A stretch of DNA of 64,000 nucleotides. It comes from Zygnema circumcarinatum SAG 698-1b (taxonomy: Eukaryota; Plantae; Zygnematophyceae). Under the pieces are notes generated by a model. The model saw only the letters and a program-made list of their open reading frames with translations, did not search any database and was not told the origin of the DNA. A program made the position numbers and the translations under genes. How positions within the stretch are numbered: the stretch's first letter is position 1; each line of letters starts with the position of its first letter. Location: the NCBI GenBank assembly GCA_037447605.1, contig CM074809.1:486689-550688 (forward strand), given 5' to 3'. Shown here piece by piece: positions 34,960 through 58,500 of the stretch.

Positions 34960-36190
34960 GGAGGGGGAGGGGAGAGGTGGGAAGAGAGAGGGAGAGCAGG
35001 CAAATTGGAGGCTGCAAGTTGACCTGCGGAAGTCTTGGAAGATTCCCGGGATGCATACGACGCCGTGCGACGCCGTGCGATTGTTTGCGACTTTGTGCGA
35101 CTACCTCAAAAAGTGCAGCTGAGAATTGTCGATCAACATAAATGATCTTGAACTTTGCCCCGTCGGCATTGACAGTTAAACACACAAAGGTGGATCCAAT
35201 TGAAATACCAGTGACGGCCAGAAATTTTCGTGGAGTCGTCGCGGAGGATGGAAGAATGATGTTTAACCGGATCACATCCCCAGAAGAGTTTACCTGGGAT
35301 ACCCCGAGTTCCACCATCTGATACCTGTTCAACAGTGTGAACACCCCTTGGCGGCCAGATTCCACTCCTTGCCAGGTGGCAGCACGCCGATCCGCCGGGT
35401 TGCAACGCGTCAGCTTCAGAGACACCGCCACCACGTGGCAGTTTCTCCGAGATTCACGGAGTACCAGCCAATCAGAGCGCCGCTTTTTACCTCCGGCCGC
35501 CGAGACTTTCCGGGCGGCAAATGACTCGCGCCGGCGGCACGTACGGTCATAAGAGAAACATCGTTTCACGACAAAATAGATGACGTCATATACATTGACT
35601 GGCAGGAAAGCAACAATGTCCGACAAATCAGATGGCGTCATGTACCGTTCGACCCGAAGGAAACTCTCATGTGACGACAAAAGTGATGACATCACGTGCA
35701 TTGCGACAGGCGGCTGACCACGTGACCTGACTCAGAAGAAAATGTAACAGCCAATCGGGACCTGCCACGTATGTGACGGTTTTGGACGTTTCTTGGAGGG
35801 CGCGCCAGCGGAGCGCGCTGAGTCAGACGCCGGAAAAAGCGGAGAGCCGTTGAAACGGCTTCGATCCGGCTTTCAGGGATATCGGACGGCCAACGGCCGA
35901 TCTAGATGATGACATGGCACAAAAACTTGCCACAAGCCGGAAATTGCGGTAAACCAGATTGAGACAAAACCGGGCGAGCCAAAACCTGGCGAGCGGAGTT
36001 TGGGCTGTCACTCCGGTTTCCATGTAGGAAACGGAAAGCTCTTGGCCCTGGCACGCAGTTACAGTTACTGTTTAGTAATGAGTAACGACGGCGTAAGACT
36101 CAGTTTGCATGGCCGTTAGATCACACCCTCGACTGATGCATGCAAGCAGGTCTAGTCATTTACATGCACATCTATCCATCTTGAATAGAA

Positions 36191-36913
36191 TGTTGTCGTT
36201 AGTGTTGTTGTTGTTATGTTGTATGTGTGAGAGGGGCAGAGGGATGAGAAGCAAATTCACCTTCCACCCTTTCTCCCTCTTCACTGTCCATGGAAACTTC
36301 CCTCCTGGTGCCCGCAGCACTCTCACTCATTTTTCACTCACGTGCATACACAACACACGAGAGGCGGAATAGAAAAACGTAGGAGAAAGCTCCCAGCCTA
36401 AAACTCCTTTATGATGACAANNNNNNNNNNCGCCGGGACCATGCATGCAACAACCTTATTCAAACAACCTAAATAAACTACTTCGTGTCTTGCTATGCAT
36501 AGTACACCCAGCCTGGCAACGTACCAACACCACCGCTCTAACCCAGATGGCCATGTACTCTACCGCCGAGCTGAACTTCCCGCCGTCACCCACAAGGACT
36601 ATCTTCCGTACGCAAAGTACGCTCCGCCGCCTCCACCGACTCCGCCGTCTTCCGCCGCCGCATCATTCCTCGATTCCGTACTCCAGGACCGATTCCTCGG
36701 CGCGGTACCAAATGTCGGACTCTCGGCCGTATTGTCCGTACCGACCGTACGGTTCGTACGGTCCATACTATCCGTACGGTTGCGCGGTCGGTCTCGCCGC
36801 CGCGCGCACGCTGAAGTAAGTCCGTCCCCATACATGTCACACCTAGAAGCACACCCCTAGGAACTAAGCGCCAACACAAACATGCTAATCTGAACTAACT
36901 ATGTACACTAACA
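36191..36913 (+). mobile_element. Solo-LTR-like repeat (contains a gap), related to 15.2-17.1 kb
   Basis: TGTTGT start, GTAGGAGAAAGCTCC..CTAAACTCCTTTAT block, GTAC cluster at 36735-36780 and ACACTAACA end. Confidence 0.4.
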
Positions 36914-37451
36914 GTATGTTGTAAACTATGCTGCCCACAACATGTTCTGTCGAGTTTCTAGGAATGTTGAATTGCATTCGATAAGTCTCTGCATGTTTAG
37001 CGATGCTTGGACTGTTGACAATAGGTGTGAGATGGCAATGTAAAAAGGAAGAGAAAGGCATTCATTCGTTCAAGACAAAGGATTTAGGACCTTGTCTGTC
37101 TGGAATTCATCAATGCAGTTACAGTAGGATACAAAAAAAAAAATTCACGCTGCGCATGTCATTCAGCTGAAGTCGTATCTGACCATCACTCCATGCTCCG
37201 TTCTTGCCATTCTCCTCTTCCTTGGCCTCTACCCCAAGTATCTTCCTTGCCTCTCGTTTCCTTCCCTCCTACTAAAAGTTCTAGTACCAATGAAAATTTT
37301 CTTTCATGAATATGTATTCAGTTTTCAATTTATTGAACGTATCCGGGGACACGCAATAGAGGTTAAAAAATTGAATATTGAAAATGCAAGGATTATGCGA
37401 TAGCTAATCATTTTACTCGGAGTACAACCACAGTCAGAGAATTAGAGCCCT

Positions 37452-47326
<9,875 letters not shown>

Positions 47327-48112
47327 TGGATGATAAGTCTATGATTAGCCTATGATTAGCCTTCTATGCTGTGAGAGAGTACTACCATTAACCTTTCTGC
47401 CATATATAGAAGTGGGCACAGGCGGCGCAAATAGTCCAGCTTAGAGGGGGCCCACGCCAAGCCGCCGGCGCTTGCAGCGGGCTGTTCGAGCCATCGTGGA
47501 CCGTCGATGTCGCCATCGCAGTCATCGATCGCGAGATGGACATTGTGCGATTGTCATGCCGAGCCAACATCACCGCTGGCACGTGTAAATGGCCTGCTCC
47601 GTTTCTGCGGACAGCGACGGCCGCTGATAGGGACACCGCCGTAAGAAATCTAGCTCCAGTTAAGTTCCAGTTCAAATTTTCACAGCGCGGTAATCAAGCC
47701 CATGGAACCGGCAACTTGCCACCACCCAATAGCTAGAAGTCAACTTTTGGCAAAAGTAGCCAAGTTTTAGCCAACTGTATTTAACCAGAAACTGGCTCAA
47801 TCGAGCCGCTACCAATCTCCTACGCTAATGCACATAGTTCGTGCACAGTTGCACAATGGAGAACGGTCCATGGTCACATGGAGCGTGACCCACCACCCGG
47901 CGGCCAAAGTTCTTTGACAGAAACGTTCTTGGGCTCATCTCCACCGTCTATTTCATGCCAGTCTCGATCCGACGGCCCGAAGCGGCCCAAAGCCCAAAGC
48001 CGCCCAATTCCGCACCTGCCCGCCAATCCAAACCCCTCCCTCCCATTGCCAGGATCCGGCCCCGCCTCCTCCTCCTGGGCGGCCACCGACAATATTAGCT
48101 AATAGCCATGCA

Positions 48113-48262
48113 CCACGTAGCTTGACTCGTAAACGGACGAATCTCCAATGGACACGTGTCCTCCCGGTGGGGAAGGGCTACGTGGCGCCCTCCGGGAAGG
48201 GGCCGCACGTGTGGACAGCACAGTCGCGTGAAACTCCCGCGAGGCACTGCACGCATATAAAA
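48113..48262 (+). promoter_or_regulatory. ELIP promoter: four ACGT/G-box elements plus a TATA box
   Basis: CCACGTAG 48113, GACACGTGTC 48151, TACGTGGC 48179, CACGTG 48206 and TATAAAA 48256-48262, about 140 bp before the ATG. Confidence 0.75.
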
Positions 48263-48403
48263 GCGTCGGCGCTGCTCTCGTTGGGCGGCAGGAGGGAGGC
48301 ATATTCTGTTGTGTGGAGACGCGAGGAGAGGAGAGAGAGAGGGAGCGAGAGAGAGAGAGAGAGAGGGAGGGAGAGAGAGCGGGATCGTTCCAGGAAGGCG
48401 GCC

Positions 48404-49208
48404 ATGGCTTCCCTGATGAGCTGCAGCAGCGTGAAGAACGCGGCAGCCTTCGCTGCCGGTGCGAGCCTTCAGGGGAAGGCAGGTCCATGCAGGCGGGTGA
48501 TGGCTTCCCGATGGGCGGTGAGCGGGAGGAGGCTCGGGCTCGCCGTGCAGTGCGAGGCCAAGGTGAGATGGATCCCCGCAGGTCGAATGACAGGCTGTGG
48601 GGCGCATGGATCTGCATTGTTTTAACTGTTCTGTGAACTGAAATCTGCGCCGCATGTGCAGTCCGAGGAGACGCCCGCCAGCCCTGCCGTCGAGGCCCCA
48701 CCAAAAGCTGCTCCCATCCATGTCGTAAAAATGAAGGTTTGTCGCAGCAACCCCACCAATCTCTGCCTCCACCTTCGTCCTTACCTCTACGCGGCTTCCT
48801 AACAGATAATCAAAACTCCAAGATTTCTACTTATCTGCCTCCGATCCGTGTGCGCAGACAAGCAACCCGACTGTGGCGGAGGTGTTTGCTTTCGGTGGAC
48901 CTGCTCCGGAGACCATCAATGGGCGCCTCGCCATGCTTGGCTTCGTCACCGCCTTAATCGTAGAAGCTGCGACCGGGACGCCTCTCAGTCGGCAGCTCGG
49001 CGATGTAAGATGCCTCACGTGGTTTATTTTCTGCGTTTCGCTCTTCTCCGCCGCCTCCCTCGTGCCGCTCTTTCAGGGCATCTCCCCCGCCAGCCGCTCC
49101 GGCGCGTTCTTCACAGTGAAGGCGGAGGTGTGGAATGGGCGCGCCGCGATGCTCGGCCTCGCCGCACTCGCCATCACGGAATACGTGCGTGGTAGCGCGC
49201 TTGTGTGA
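48404..49208 (+). CDS. ELIP: Early light-induced protein (three-helix LHC-like), 3 exons, about 194 aa
   Basis: Exons 48404-48562, 48662-48736 and 48858-49208. Transit peptide plus two LHC motifs: FGGPAPETINGRLAMLGF and AEVWNGRAAMLGL. Confidence 0.93.
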
Positions 49209-50837
49209 GAGATGGGAGAGGGAGGGGGGAGGGATGGGGGAGGGAGGGGGAAGGGAGGAAGGAGTGAAGGAGAGGAGAGGGAGGGAGAGAGAAGTTGGAA
49301 AGGTGATAGTAGAATGCGACATTGTCGGGGAGGTTAAAGGTATGGAGCTCTTTTTGTATACACAGCACTTGTAAAGTAGCCTGTCACACATATGGTGATT
49401 TTTAAACTAGTAACTTCATTGTATTTTGTTTTTACGAGAAATAATTATTTGTACGTGGGAAGGGGTACCTTCCAGAAACTGAACACAAAAATACGTCCAG
49501 TCAACTATAGTCGCATGTACATGGAGTTTGTGATCATGCTCCTCATTTTATGGCATCTCCATCATGATGTCAATCCCGCACCTCCACCCCTTCTCCTCCC
49601 TACTTCATGGAAACGAGATGCTGTACCCCACTTCAACATCGTTCTACTTGCTCTGAAGGCAGTTAGAGACAAAGGGTTCTGTATGTGGGAGAGACAGAGA
49701 GAGAGAGAGAACGAAACGAGCTCCCTTCAAAAGTACCGAAACATACAACGACAATGGAAATTTCTCTGAAAAAAGTTGATTCTATCTGATGGCATACACT
49801 TGATTAACTCCCGATTCCTGAGAGGTCTGCTGAGATCACTGGACGGGAGAACAATTTCTAACAAATTGCATGTGCCAATCTACAAGAAGATAAAAGTTCT
49901 CAATTACTTTCGAAAAGAGTCAGTACATTGGTGGATTCCGAGATGATGGGAGATAGCCCCCTCCTCAAATGTTGAAAAGCCGCCTTTGATGGTTGAAATT
50001 AAAAAAGTTCTCCACTTGAATTGAACAAGGTATGGCTGAAACATGGCATGTCAAACTCATCAAAATCGAACGAAAGATGCTCCTTCACTATCACCACTAT
50101 CTGACAGTTTTAAAATCTGACACGCCCTGTGCCGGTACGTAGCACCACGTCGGAAGCATACGATTGGACAAACAGCACAACAACCACGTGGCGGCGGAGA
50201 ATTGGAGAAGCTGAAAACGTGGAACGCCACATTGGCAAAAAGACACAGCAATGACCGTCGATGCATCCCGGGATCGCGAAATGGACACTTTTTGGCAGTA
50301 CATTGGACGGCTCAGATCTGCCGACGGCGTGTGTGGAGTGGGCCCTATCCCCCGAGGTGTAGATGGCATGGCACGTGGTGGTCTCGCATTGCTCCAAATC
50401 GGTACCCAATTCGTTTCGTGCACATCTCAACTTCGCATCGTGTGAGATTTTCGGCGGTTCGAAGGCCACAAGAAACCACGAGCAAACCTGACGACACCCT
50501 TTGATGCAAATGGCCTCCGACTGAATACATAACATTCGCTTTAAAAAAAAAAAAAAAAGGGGTGGTAACTTATTTTCATCGAGAGTGATATTGTGCACAC
50601 CCCCGCGTCCATTTTAACACTCCAAAAAATACGAAAAAGACAACCTTTCTTCCAACGTTGAAAACCCAATGGCCTCTACTGACCTTCACCCTCTGGACCC
50701 AAAAAAAAACAATGTTGAATTAAAAAAAACATGCAATTAAGGCCAAAAAAATATGGAAGCCATGGACCGACCGACTGAAATCGGCGAGATGACGCCTTGC
50801 ATGCACATGCATGCATGCCGTCGGCCCACAAAGCCTC

Positions 50838-53800
50838 TTATAAGAGAAGATAGTGCTCGAAGACGCGGACCACAGCCTCCCCCACATCGCCATGGATGCT
50901 CTGCATGTTGGAGTGAATGCAGGAGTAGTGCAGGTCCTTCACCCACCGCCCAGGCTCGTCCTGCCTTCGACACGTGTCCAAATATCTCGGCGCTTCAATT
51001 GGCCAAAAATCCATGTATGTAACGTCACGCTTTTTCAGCAATCGCCTGCACAGATCAGAGTGAATGAATGCATATATCAAGACTGGACCTATCTGTTGGG
51101 CACAGAGGAGGGCAAAAGAGGAAGAAATTTCGCGTTTATGCTCTCAGATAAGTACATGGTTATGCACTTAGTCACTCATTATTTTTGACTCTTTTAGTCT
51201 GCATTTTGGCAGACAGGAACGATGCCAAATGGGGCCGAAAGTCCGAAGAACAAGAAAGCATACATCTCGATGCTGAAGAGGTTTCAGGTTTACGGAATGG
51301 GCCACAAACGAGTACCTGGCAAAAGCATTCATCCAATGAATGGCGCTGTTGTGAACAAAGCATCCTATTCGCCGCACTGCATAGGGGGGCGTACTTCTCC
51401 ACAATACACGTGCAGTTGGTTTCCGAGGTTGACTCAGAACAAAATCGACGAATTCAGGTACATGTTTGGAGTAAGCAAGGTCCCACCGCTCACATAACTG
51501 CATTGAAGTTGACAAGTAAATTGTCTTAAATCACCAAATAAAAGGAGTATTAAGGATATAGACCAATTAAACCATGCATAGGCCTTTAAAGAAACGAGCT
51601 TCAACTGACACATGCGGTTTGTTTCAACAAACTGAATTGCTTCTTACCGAGGCAGTCCATGTACCCGCTCCCATAACAATCAAGTCGGCCGTTTCCGGTA
51701 CGACAACAAGAGTTCGATACGTTGCATTTGTGTACAGGCCCTGCTTGCTGCATCCATGCTCGCCGTTTACATAAATTCCGTCAATCAGTGTCCAGTTCAG
51801 TCGAACGCTCAAGTTTGAACTGGGATCAGTTATCTCCCACACATGGAACGGCCCGTGCTTCTTAACTGGCTCTGGGTCCGGCCCTGGATTCAATGGCAAG
51901 GAGGGAAAGGGAGAGTTTCAGAAAGCTCAGACATAGAGGGATGAGGAGAGGGGGAGAGAGAGTGGTGGGCGATGTTTGATGGGAGAGAGAATGAGAAGGA
52001 AGGACGAGGGAGGGAGAGGGGGCAAAAAATGGAAAAAGAGAGATAGTGGAAGAGGGAGACAGAAGTTCAGCGAGGAGGAAAGGTGGTCAAGAGGGACAAA
52101 AGGGGAACGATAGAAGACAGAGAAAAAGGGAAGCCAACGTAGATAGGGGAGAGAGCACGAGGATGAGAGGGAGGAAACAAGGGAAGAGAGGGAGAGGGAG
52201 GAGAGGAAGAGGAGAAAGAGAGAGCGAGAGAGAAAGACATGTCGAAACGACAAATGAAGTGCTCTACCTGCCATAAGGAAGTGGAGATGATGGGCCAACA
52301 CTCGCGTCATGGAATCCCCCACCAAAAAAATTTCTTTCACACCCTTCGCATGCATTCCTCGGACAAATTCCGAAACCGAGCGGCCCCATTGACCCCCACA
52401 ATTATATGACTGAAATTTCCATTTTGAAGTAGCACTGTTCCTGTCTACAATTTCCTCTTTCCGTTGAACTCCGTCCTCCAACGTGCTGTCCACCCATCGT
52501 CCAAACTGCCCAACGCTGCAAGGCGCCCTTTGTGCAGCGTTTTTTTTAGCGGAAATAACGATACTTATCGAGAGTTTAGCGATGGTGTGGTAGCCAAAAT
52601 CTCCTATCGGCCCCCTGCACAGGGCGGAGGGAGGAGGGAGGAGGGAGGAGGGCGGAGGAAAAGGAAGACGAAGGGAGGGAAAAGGACGGAGGGAGGAAAG
52701 AGAGAGAGCGCGAAAGAGAAAGAGAGAGAACGGAAACGTGATTAAGGGTTTGAGATGAAGTCCACATGATTAAGTGTCCAGCGCAGATTCAAACGTTAGA
52801 CCTTGAACAACAGCTAACTGCAGCCCTATGTAACTGATAGAAAACTTATATCACTTCCAACATAGAACGCGCACTCACATTGAACAGTCGGAGAAAATCT
52901 CCATTTCATATTCTCCAGCGTCCCATACTCGATACGATACCTCAAAAGAAACATTGAATCGGGAGCCTCCAGGTTCCCTCTCATAGGGTACAACTTTCGC
53001 AACATGCTTCGTCGGCCCTGCTCCCCGATCTCTCTGATTCATTATTTAATGTTCAACACTTTCGCTATCACTGCGTATACAATGATCATCAAGGGGACTG
53101 CAAACTCAAATACGAAAAATTTACAAAAAGGAAAGCCAAGGGGAAGTCCGCAGTCACCGGTCAAGATTGCCATTATTTCCCGATCACGCGGAATCACTTC
53201 GACTCCTTCTTCATGCTCGCCCTCTACTGCAGCGCTTTTCAAATCTGAGCCATTATATGATGATGAATTCTGACCAACATCCTCTTGTCTGTTATGTGAA
53301 AGCAAGCGACGAGCTCCTCCCTCCTCTGCAGAGGCAGTTTCATTTGAACCACCTTTTCTTCGCCCCCTTCCCTTCCTTCGAACACGTTCTTTGTTTCGAT
53401 GTCTGCCCTTTTTTCTCCCTTGCAATGAATAGTTTGAAGGTTTATTGAAGATAATCGGACTTGCAATTTGGAGAATGAAGGAACAGCGATGCCCAAGTGA
53501 ACACCTCCTGCAGCCCTGCCCTGTGAGACGCAATACATGAGTTCGAATTCTCCAACACATGAGGGAACCTTTGAGGGGTTGGAAAGTCAAAACGACACTC
53601 TGATAGATCTATCGGGTTCGACCCCAATCATCATATGAGAAGCTCAATATTCAAAATGAATTTGCTCAGAATGTCATTGCAATGGTGAACTCTTTTTATC
53701 CTGAAGGCCGTTTAATCTCATTTTGAAAACGAGATTTAAAATTAAAATGCATCATAATAGCTTCATATGAAAGGCGGGCGGGCAGCATATGTCTACGCAC

Positions 53801-54306
53801 GCCAGCATACGGTCTACATACAGGAGGGGATAAACGAGGGGAGAGCGCGAGCGAGAAGGAGAGAGAGGAAGCGCGAGAGAGGGAGAGAGGGGTGGGGGGC
53901 TATGGGTGAGGGAGAAGAGCGCACCTGCAATTCGGACGTATTGCTTTGAACCATCGCCCCCCTCCCTCCAGCCCTCCGCCACCCCCTTCCAGCACTCCTC
54001 CTCTTCCGCCTCGAGGACCCTCCTCCGCCCTGAGCCCTCCCGCTCTAATCCCCGGAAGCCATGGCCCCTCTGCTGTGAAGAACCAATAGTGTAATTTTCC
54101 AAGCCCCGTGCGTTGGAGTGTAAAAGCTCGCCTTGGAAAGGGGGCGGAGGGATGCCACGCGGCGCCTCTGTTGGGAGGCCAGAAAGCGTTCTAGGGTCGT
54201 ACCCGCGCACGACACGTGTCGGAATGGCTTCCTCGGGCCCGCCATGGCTGCGATCGATGGAGAGGAGGAGGAGGGCGAGGAGCGCGAGGAGAGAGCCGGC
54301 CGCCAT
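50838..54306 (-). CDS. Signal-anchored PC-esterase/SGNH (TBL/NXPE-like) putative glycan O-acyltransferase or esterase, multi-exon
   Basis: N-terminal hydrophobic MAAGSLLALLALLLLS; Ig-like RFNVSFEVSYRVWDAGEYEMEI; PCSVGQFGRWV; IFLVGDS (GDS at 52311-52319); DLIVMGAGTW; VLWRSTPP; C-terminal KDLHYSC. Internal exon boundaries only partly resolved. Confidence 0.7.
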
Positions 54307-54530
54307 GGCTGGGGCTCGGGGAGAGGAGGGAGGCGCTTGGCGGAGGGAGAAGTATTATTGAGATTGAAGAGGTGGACAATTGGAGGTTCAATGCGATTCC
54401 TCTTTACAATGCAAGCAGAGGATGAAAGAAGACGGAAAGTGTCTATGCTACTACAAATAGGTTTGAACTTTGAACTTTTTTCCTTCTTTTCTTTTAGAAC
54501 TGTTCAATGTTCGTACGAAAAGGTTTCCTT

Positions 54531-54731
54531 TTGCACAGGTCGGAGCAGTGGATCGACAACCATTCGATGGCAATGGTTGGACGTCCAATGGTTGGCAACC
54601 AGTCGAATGGTTGCCAACCATTGGCATCCACTGGTTCCGAACCATTCAAATTGTTGTTTCGATCCGGCGCCATTGGTTGACAACCAGTCGAATGGTTGGT
54701 CTGTTGGTCCGACCTTTGAACTTTTGAACAC
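54531..54731. mobile_element. Further, inverted and degenerate copy of the palindrome-array MITE family
   Basis: TTGCACAGGTCGGAGCAGTGGATCGACAACCATT..GGACGTCC..AACCAGTCGAATGGTT matches the reverse complement of about 18490-18830. Right end GGTCCGACCT..GAACACT. Confidence 0.7.
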
Positions 54732-55430
54732 TCCGAGACCAAAAGTTTTTCATGTTAAATGTCAAAGGCTGACGTGGTTTCAACATTGCTGACGCAATTT
54801 CGATGTGATGGATGCAAGATGGAAAGTTGAGAAGGAGAAGAAGATTCACATGATTTATCGCAGTCAAGCGTAGCGTCAAACAGAACTGAACAGGCAACTG
54901 GAGCAAAGACAAAGAGAGGGGAGAGGTTGAAGCTGACACTGAGGATCAAGACTTTCCGAGTCCACTTGGCTCCACAAGTTCCACAGATTCACCGCAATTG
55001 ATCCTCCACTACTGACGTCAGTTGATCTAATTCTTGATTTCCCACTTTTTTACAGCGGCAGCCAGCAGCCCCCCACGTGACGCAGGCCCTTAACTCAAAT
55101 TCAGATGCTGGTTTTCAGCTGCATTTTTTCGCTGTGAAATTGCGTTCAGACACGCAGAGCTTCGACATCAAATGGCTGAGTATTTCAGCACAGGGCGCAT
55201 CAAGCTTTGAGCCCCATTTTCTGTAATCTGAGAGCCCATTTAAAGTGAATAAATTCATGATTTGGAATCATTTTCGACCACGTACCACGCAGCTAATTGA
55301 GTGCTGCAAAGCACCCCCAACACGGCCAAGCTCTGCCTTGACCTAAAACCCTTACACAGCTTGATTTACACTTTACTTGAAGACCCAGAAACATCAATCA
55401 TCCCCCCCCTCCCCCCCCCCNNNNNNNNNN

Positions 55431-55475
<45 letters not shown>

Positions 55476-55539
55476 TTGGGAGGAGGGAGAGCGGGGGGTG
55501 CGGCGGATGGCATGCCATATCGTTGTAACTGCTCCTTAC

Positions 55540-58500
55540 CATCAAGATTATATCGAAGGTTTTTTCCAAACACGCTCGAATTGCCTGCGCCCCGTTCTCC
55601 ACGAGCTCCCACTGCACTCCCAAGTTGGTCAGCATGCGAGTGACTACGATCTGGTTAACCTTGTTGTCCTCCGCGACCAAAACTCGCAACTTCTCGACGT
55701 GCTTCACTGCTTCCCATGCCAAAGGATCCGTCGTCTCCGTCGCCATTACCTTCGGATTCCCAACACGAACTTGAATGGTGAAGGTGAAGGTGGACCCTTT
55801 ACAAACTTCACTTTCCACATGCATGTCTCCGCCCATCAGCTTCACAAGCGACTTCGAAATAGTCAACCCTAAGCTGCACACAGGCATGCAAAACCTCCAA
55901 ACATTGGTGAGGATTCGTTAGGGAAAAACATTGGGCTGAAATTGGGCTGTTTTATATGCCGAATGGAGAGAATGGATGATTCCTGTCGGAGGGTTTTTAG
56001 GGTTTTTAGGGAGTGAACAATGAGGAGAGCTCACCCTGTCCCACCGTATTTTCGAGAGGTGGAAGAGTCAGCCTGCACAGTAAAAAAATTGCCAAAAGGA
56101 CTGTTTACTTTCATATATTTTCCCGAACAAGTATTGCACCCAATTTGAAATTACATGATTCCATCTTTTGGAGGGGTTTCTTCCAAGGGGTTTCTATTCA
56201 AATCATGGGGGAGATCAGCAATCACTCTTGTAACTTTTGCAGTTTTCCCGCTGCAATTCTGAATACTGAGAGGGGCTTGCTTTTCACATGCCTGCATGAA
56301 TGCTTGAAAGAGGCGATCAAGGTCCTTTTTCGGAATTCCAACGCCGGTATCGGAAACAGAGAATTCAAGAACAGCCTCTTCGCACTCTTCCATCGAACTC
56401 GAAGTCGATTTCTTTTCAGTTTTTTCCTCCTCCTCGTGCTGAGGGCTCGGTCTGACCTCCCCTAACTTCACTCTCACTTCAATGGAGCCTCTGCACACAG
56501 TAAAACCCGCAACAAAAACTAAGTAACTAGGTTGTGAAATTAGCCGGAATTAGTCAACTGTGGAGAAATTTACATGCTTGCATCCCCGTACAATAATCTT
56601 GGCGGCAATCTGGTTGGTTCTATTACCAACATTTGACCGTTCGGTTGATTAGCGGTTGAGGACACTTTTTAGAACGAGGTCAATCTTTCAAATGTACAGC
56701 AAGTACGAGGAATCAAAAACCTCTGCAAGAGACAGTTCATGTTTACCTGATTATGATCTTAAGACTGGGTAAAAAATATCAGTAGAAAAGAAACATAGGC
56801 TCATACATTTGGGTAAACTTGATGGCATTTGAGACAAGATTGAGCAAAACTTGGCGAAGTCGCAAGGGGTCGCCAATGATGACTTCAGGAACGTTTGCAA
56901 GTACTGTACTTGACAGCTGCATTCAAGGAGAAAGCAAGAAAGAAAAAAAAAAAAAAAAAATCAGTATCCAGAATGTAAAAAAACGAAGGGAGAAATAAAC
57001 CGTGAACTCGCTCTGTCAGAAAGAAAGGATTTATTGAAGGTTTTTTTTTGGGTTTTGAGCTCACAGTAAGACCCTTTTCTTGAGCCACCACTGTGAGCAG
57101 GTCAACCACATCCTTCAACTGCTCCCTCAAATTGAACTCAACGTGTTCCACCATCAAACTCTTCGACTCCATTTTCGCGAGGTCGAGCACATCAGAAATA
57201 ATCCGAAGCAAGTTGTTTCCAGAGGATCGAATAATTTCCAAATATGACTTTTGTTCCTCAGTAAGAGGCGTGTTCAAGAGAAGCTCTACGATGCCGATCA
57301 CACCTGCATGCATGCATTCATTTTTCTTAACATTCCGGAAATTTTCAGACTTCGGAGTAGTAAGAAACCTAAGCACATGAAGGGCCAAATAGAGATTTCC
57401 TGCTGTTTTGGGGTTCAGAAAACAGGAGGTTACCGTTCATGGGAGTCCGAATCTCGTGGCTCATATTAACTTATTTTAATTTCCTAGGATTCTTGCCCCA
57501 AATAGAGCTNNNNNNNNNNNNNNNNNNNNNNNNNNNNNNNNNNNNNNNNNNNNNNNNNNNNNNNNNNNNNNNNNNNNNNNNNNNNNNNNNNNNNNNNNNN
57601 NNNNNNNNNTNNNNNNNNNNNNNNNNNNNNNNNNNNNNNAGAAAATGACTTTATTTCTGGTTCACGCCATGATAGGCCTTGCACTTTAGGGGTTTTAGGG
57701 ATTTAGAAACCCTAAATACCCTACAAACACTAAAGTGAATTGATGCAGGTTTGGGAGAGACTCTGCGTCGTTTCAATTGGTGGGAAGGGAGCACTCACCA
57801 GACAAACGTTGAAAATCACTCGAAATTTTTCCTCCATCAACAACTTCTCTGTGATGTCATCGCATAGCCACAACTGCACCGACCGACCAACCAACCCATC
57901 ACCCCTGTCACGAATCATCCTGACATTGAGAAAACAAAAAACAATCTTAAGACATATTTTTCTTTGGAAGCAATTCGTGGTGGGCTCACTCACCGTGCTG
58001 CTGCCGTAATAAACTGCGTGATATTCCACCCAGCGGTATCTCCCATCCTTTGCTTTGTGCTGCAGTCTGAACACATCTTCCACCCCTCTCCTCCTCCTCT
58101 CCTCACATGCAGCATGCAGCTCCGCCGCCTTGTCCCCAAAGCAGCGTTCAACAAACTCCTCCATTGTGCGCATCTCCTCTCTCCTGAACCCTGTCGTCTC
58201 CTCCACCGCTCTGTTCATGAATATGTGCTCATAGTCCACAGTGTACACGAGGCCCACCGGCACATTCTCGATCACCTCCTCCAACCGCTTCACTTTCTCT
58301 GTCAGCGTTTTCAGCTCCTCCTGTTCCACACAACAGCCCGCATCGTAGTCATAACTTTGCTCACATGTGAAATGGATGTGCAGATTCACAAGTTTTAAGT
58401 TTTTCTCCTTCCCCTTCCACCTCTCCCTCTCCCTCTCCCACTCTCCGCCTCTTCCACCCCCTCTCCCTCTCTCTTCCTCCCTCCCTCTCTTCCTCGCCTT

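Noticed and set aside
34889-35701. 5' portion of the 438-aa minus-strand ORF
   Set aside because: It runs through a (CT)n tract and promoter-like ACGT/CCAAT motifs; only the last 167 codons carry a recognisable motif.
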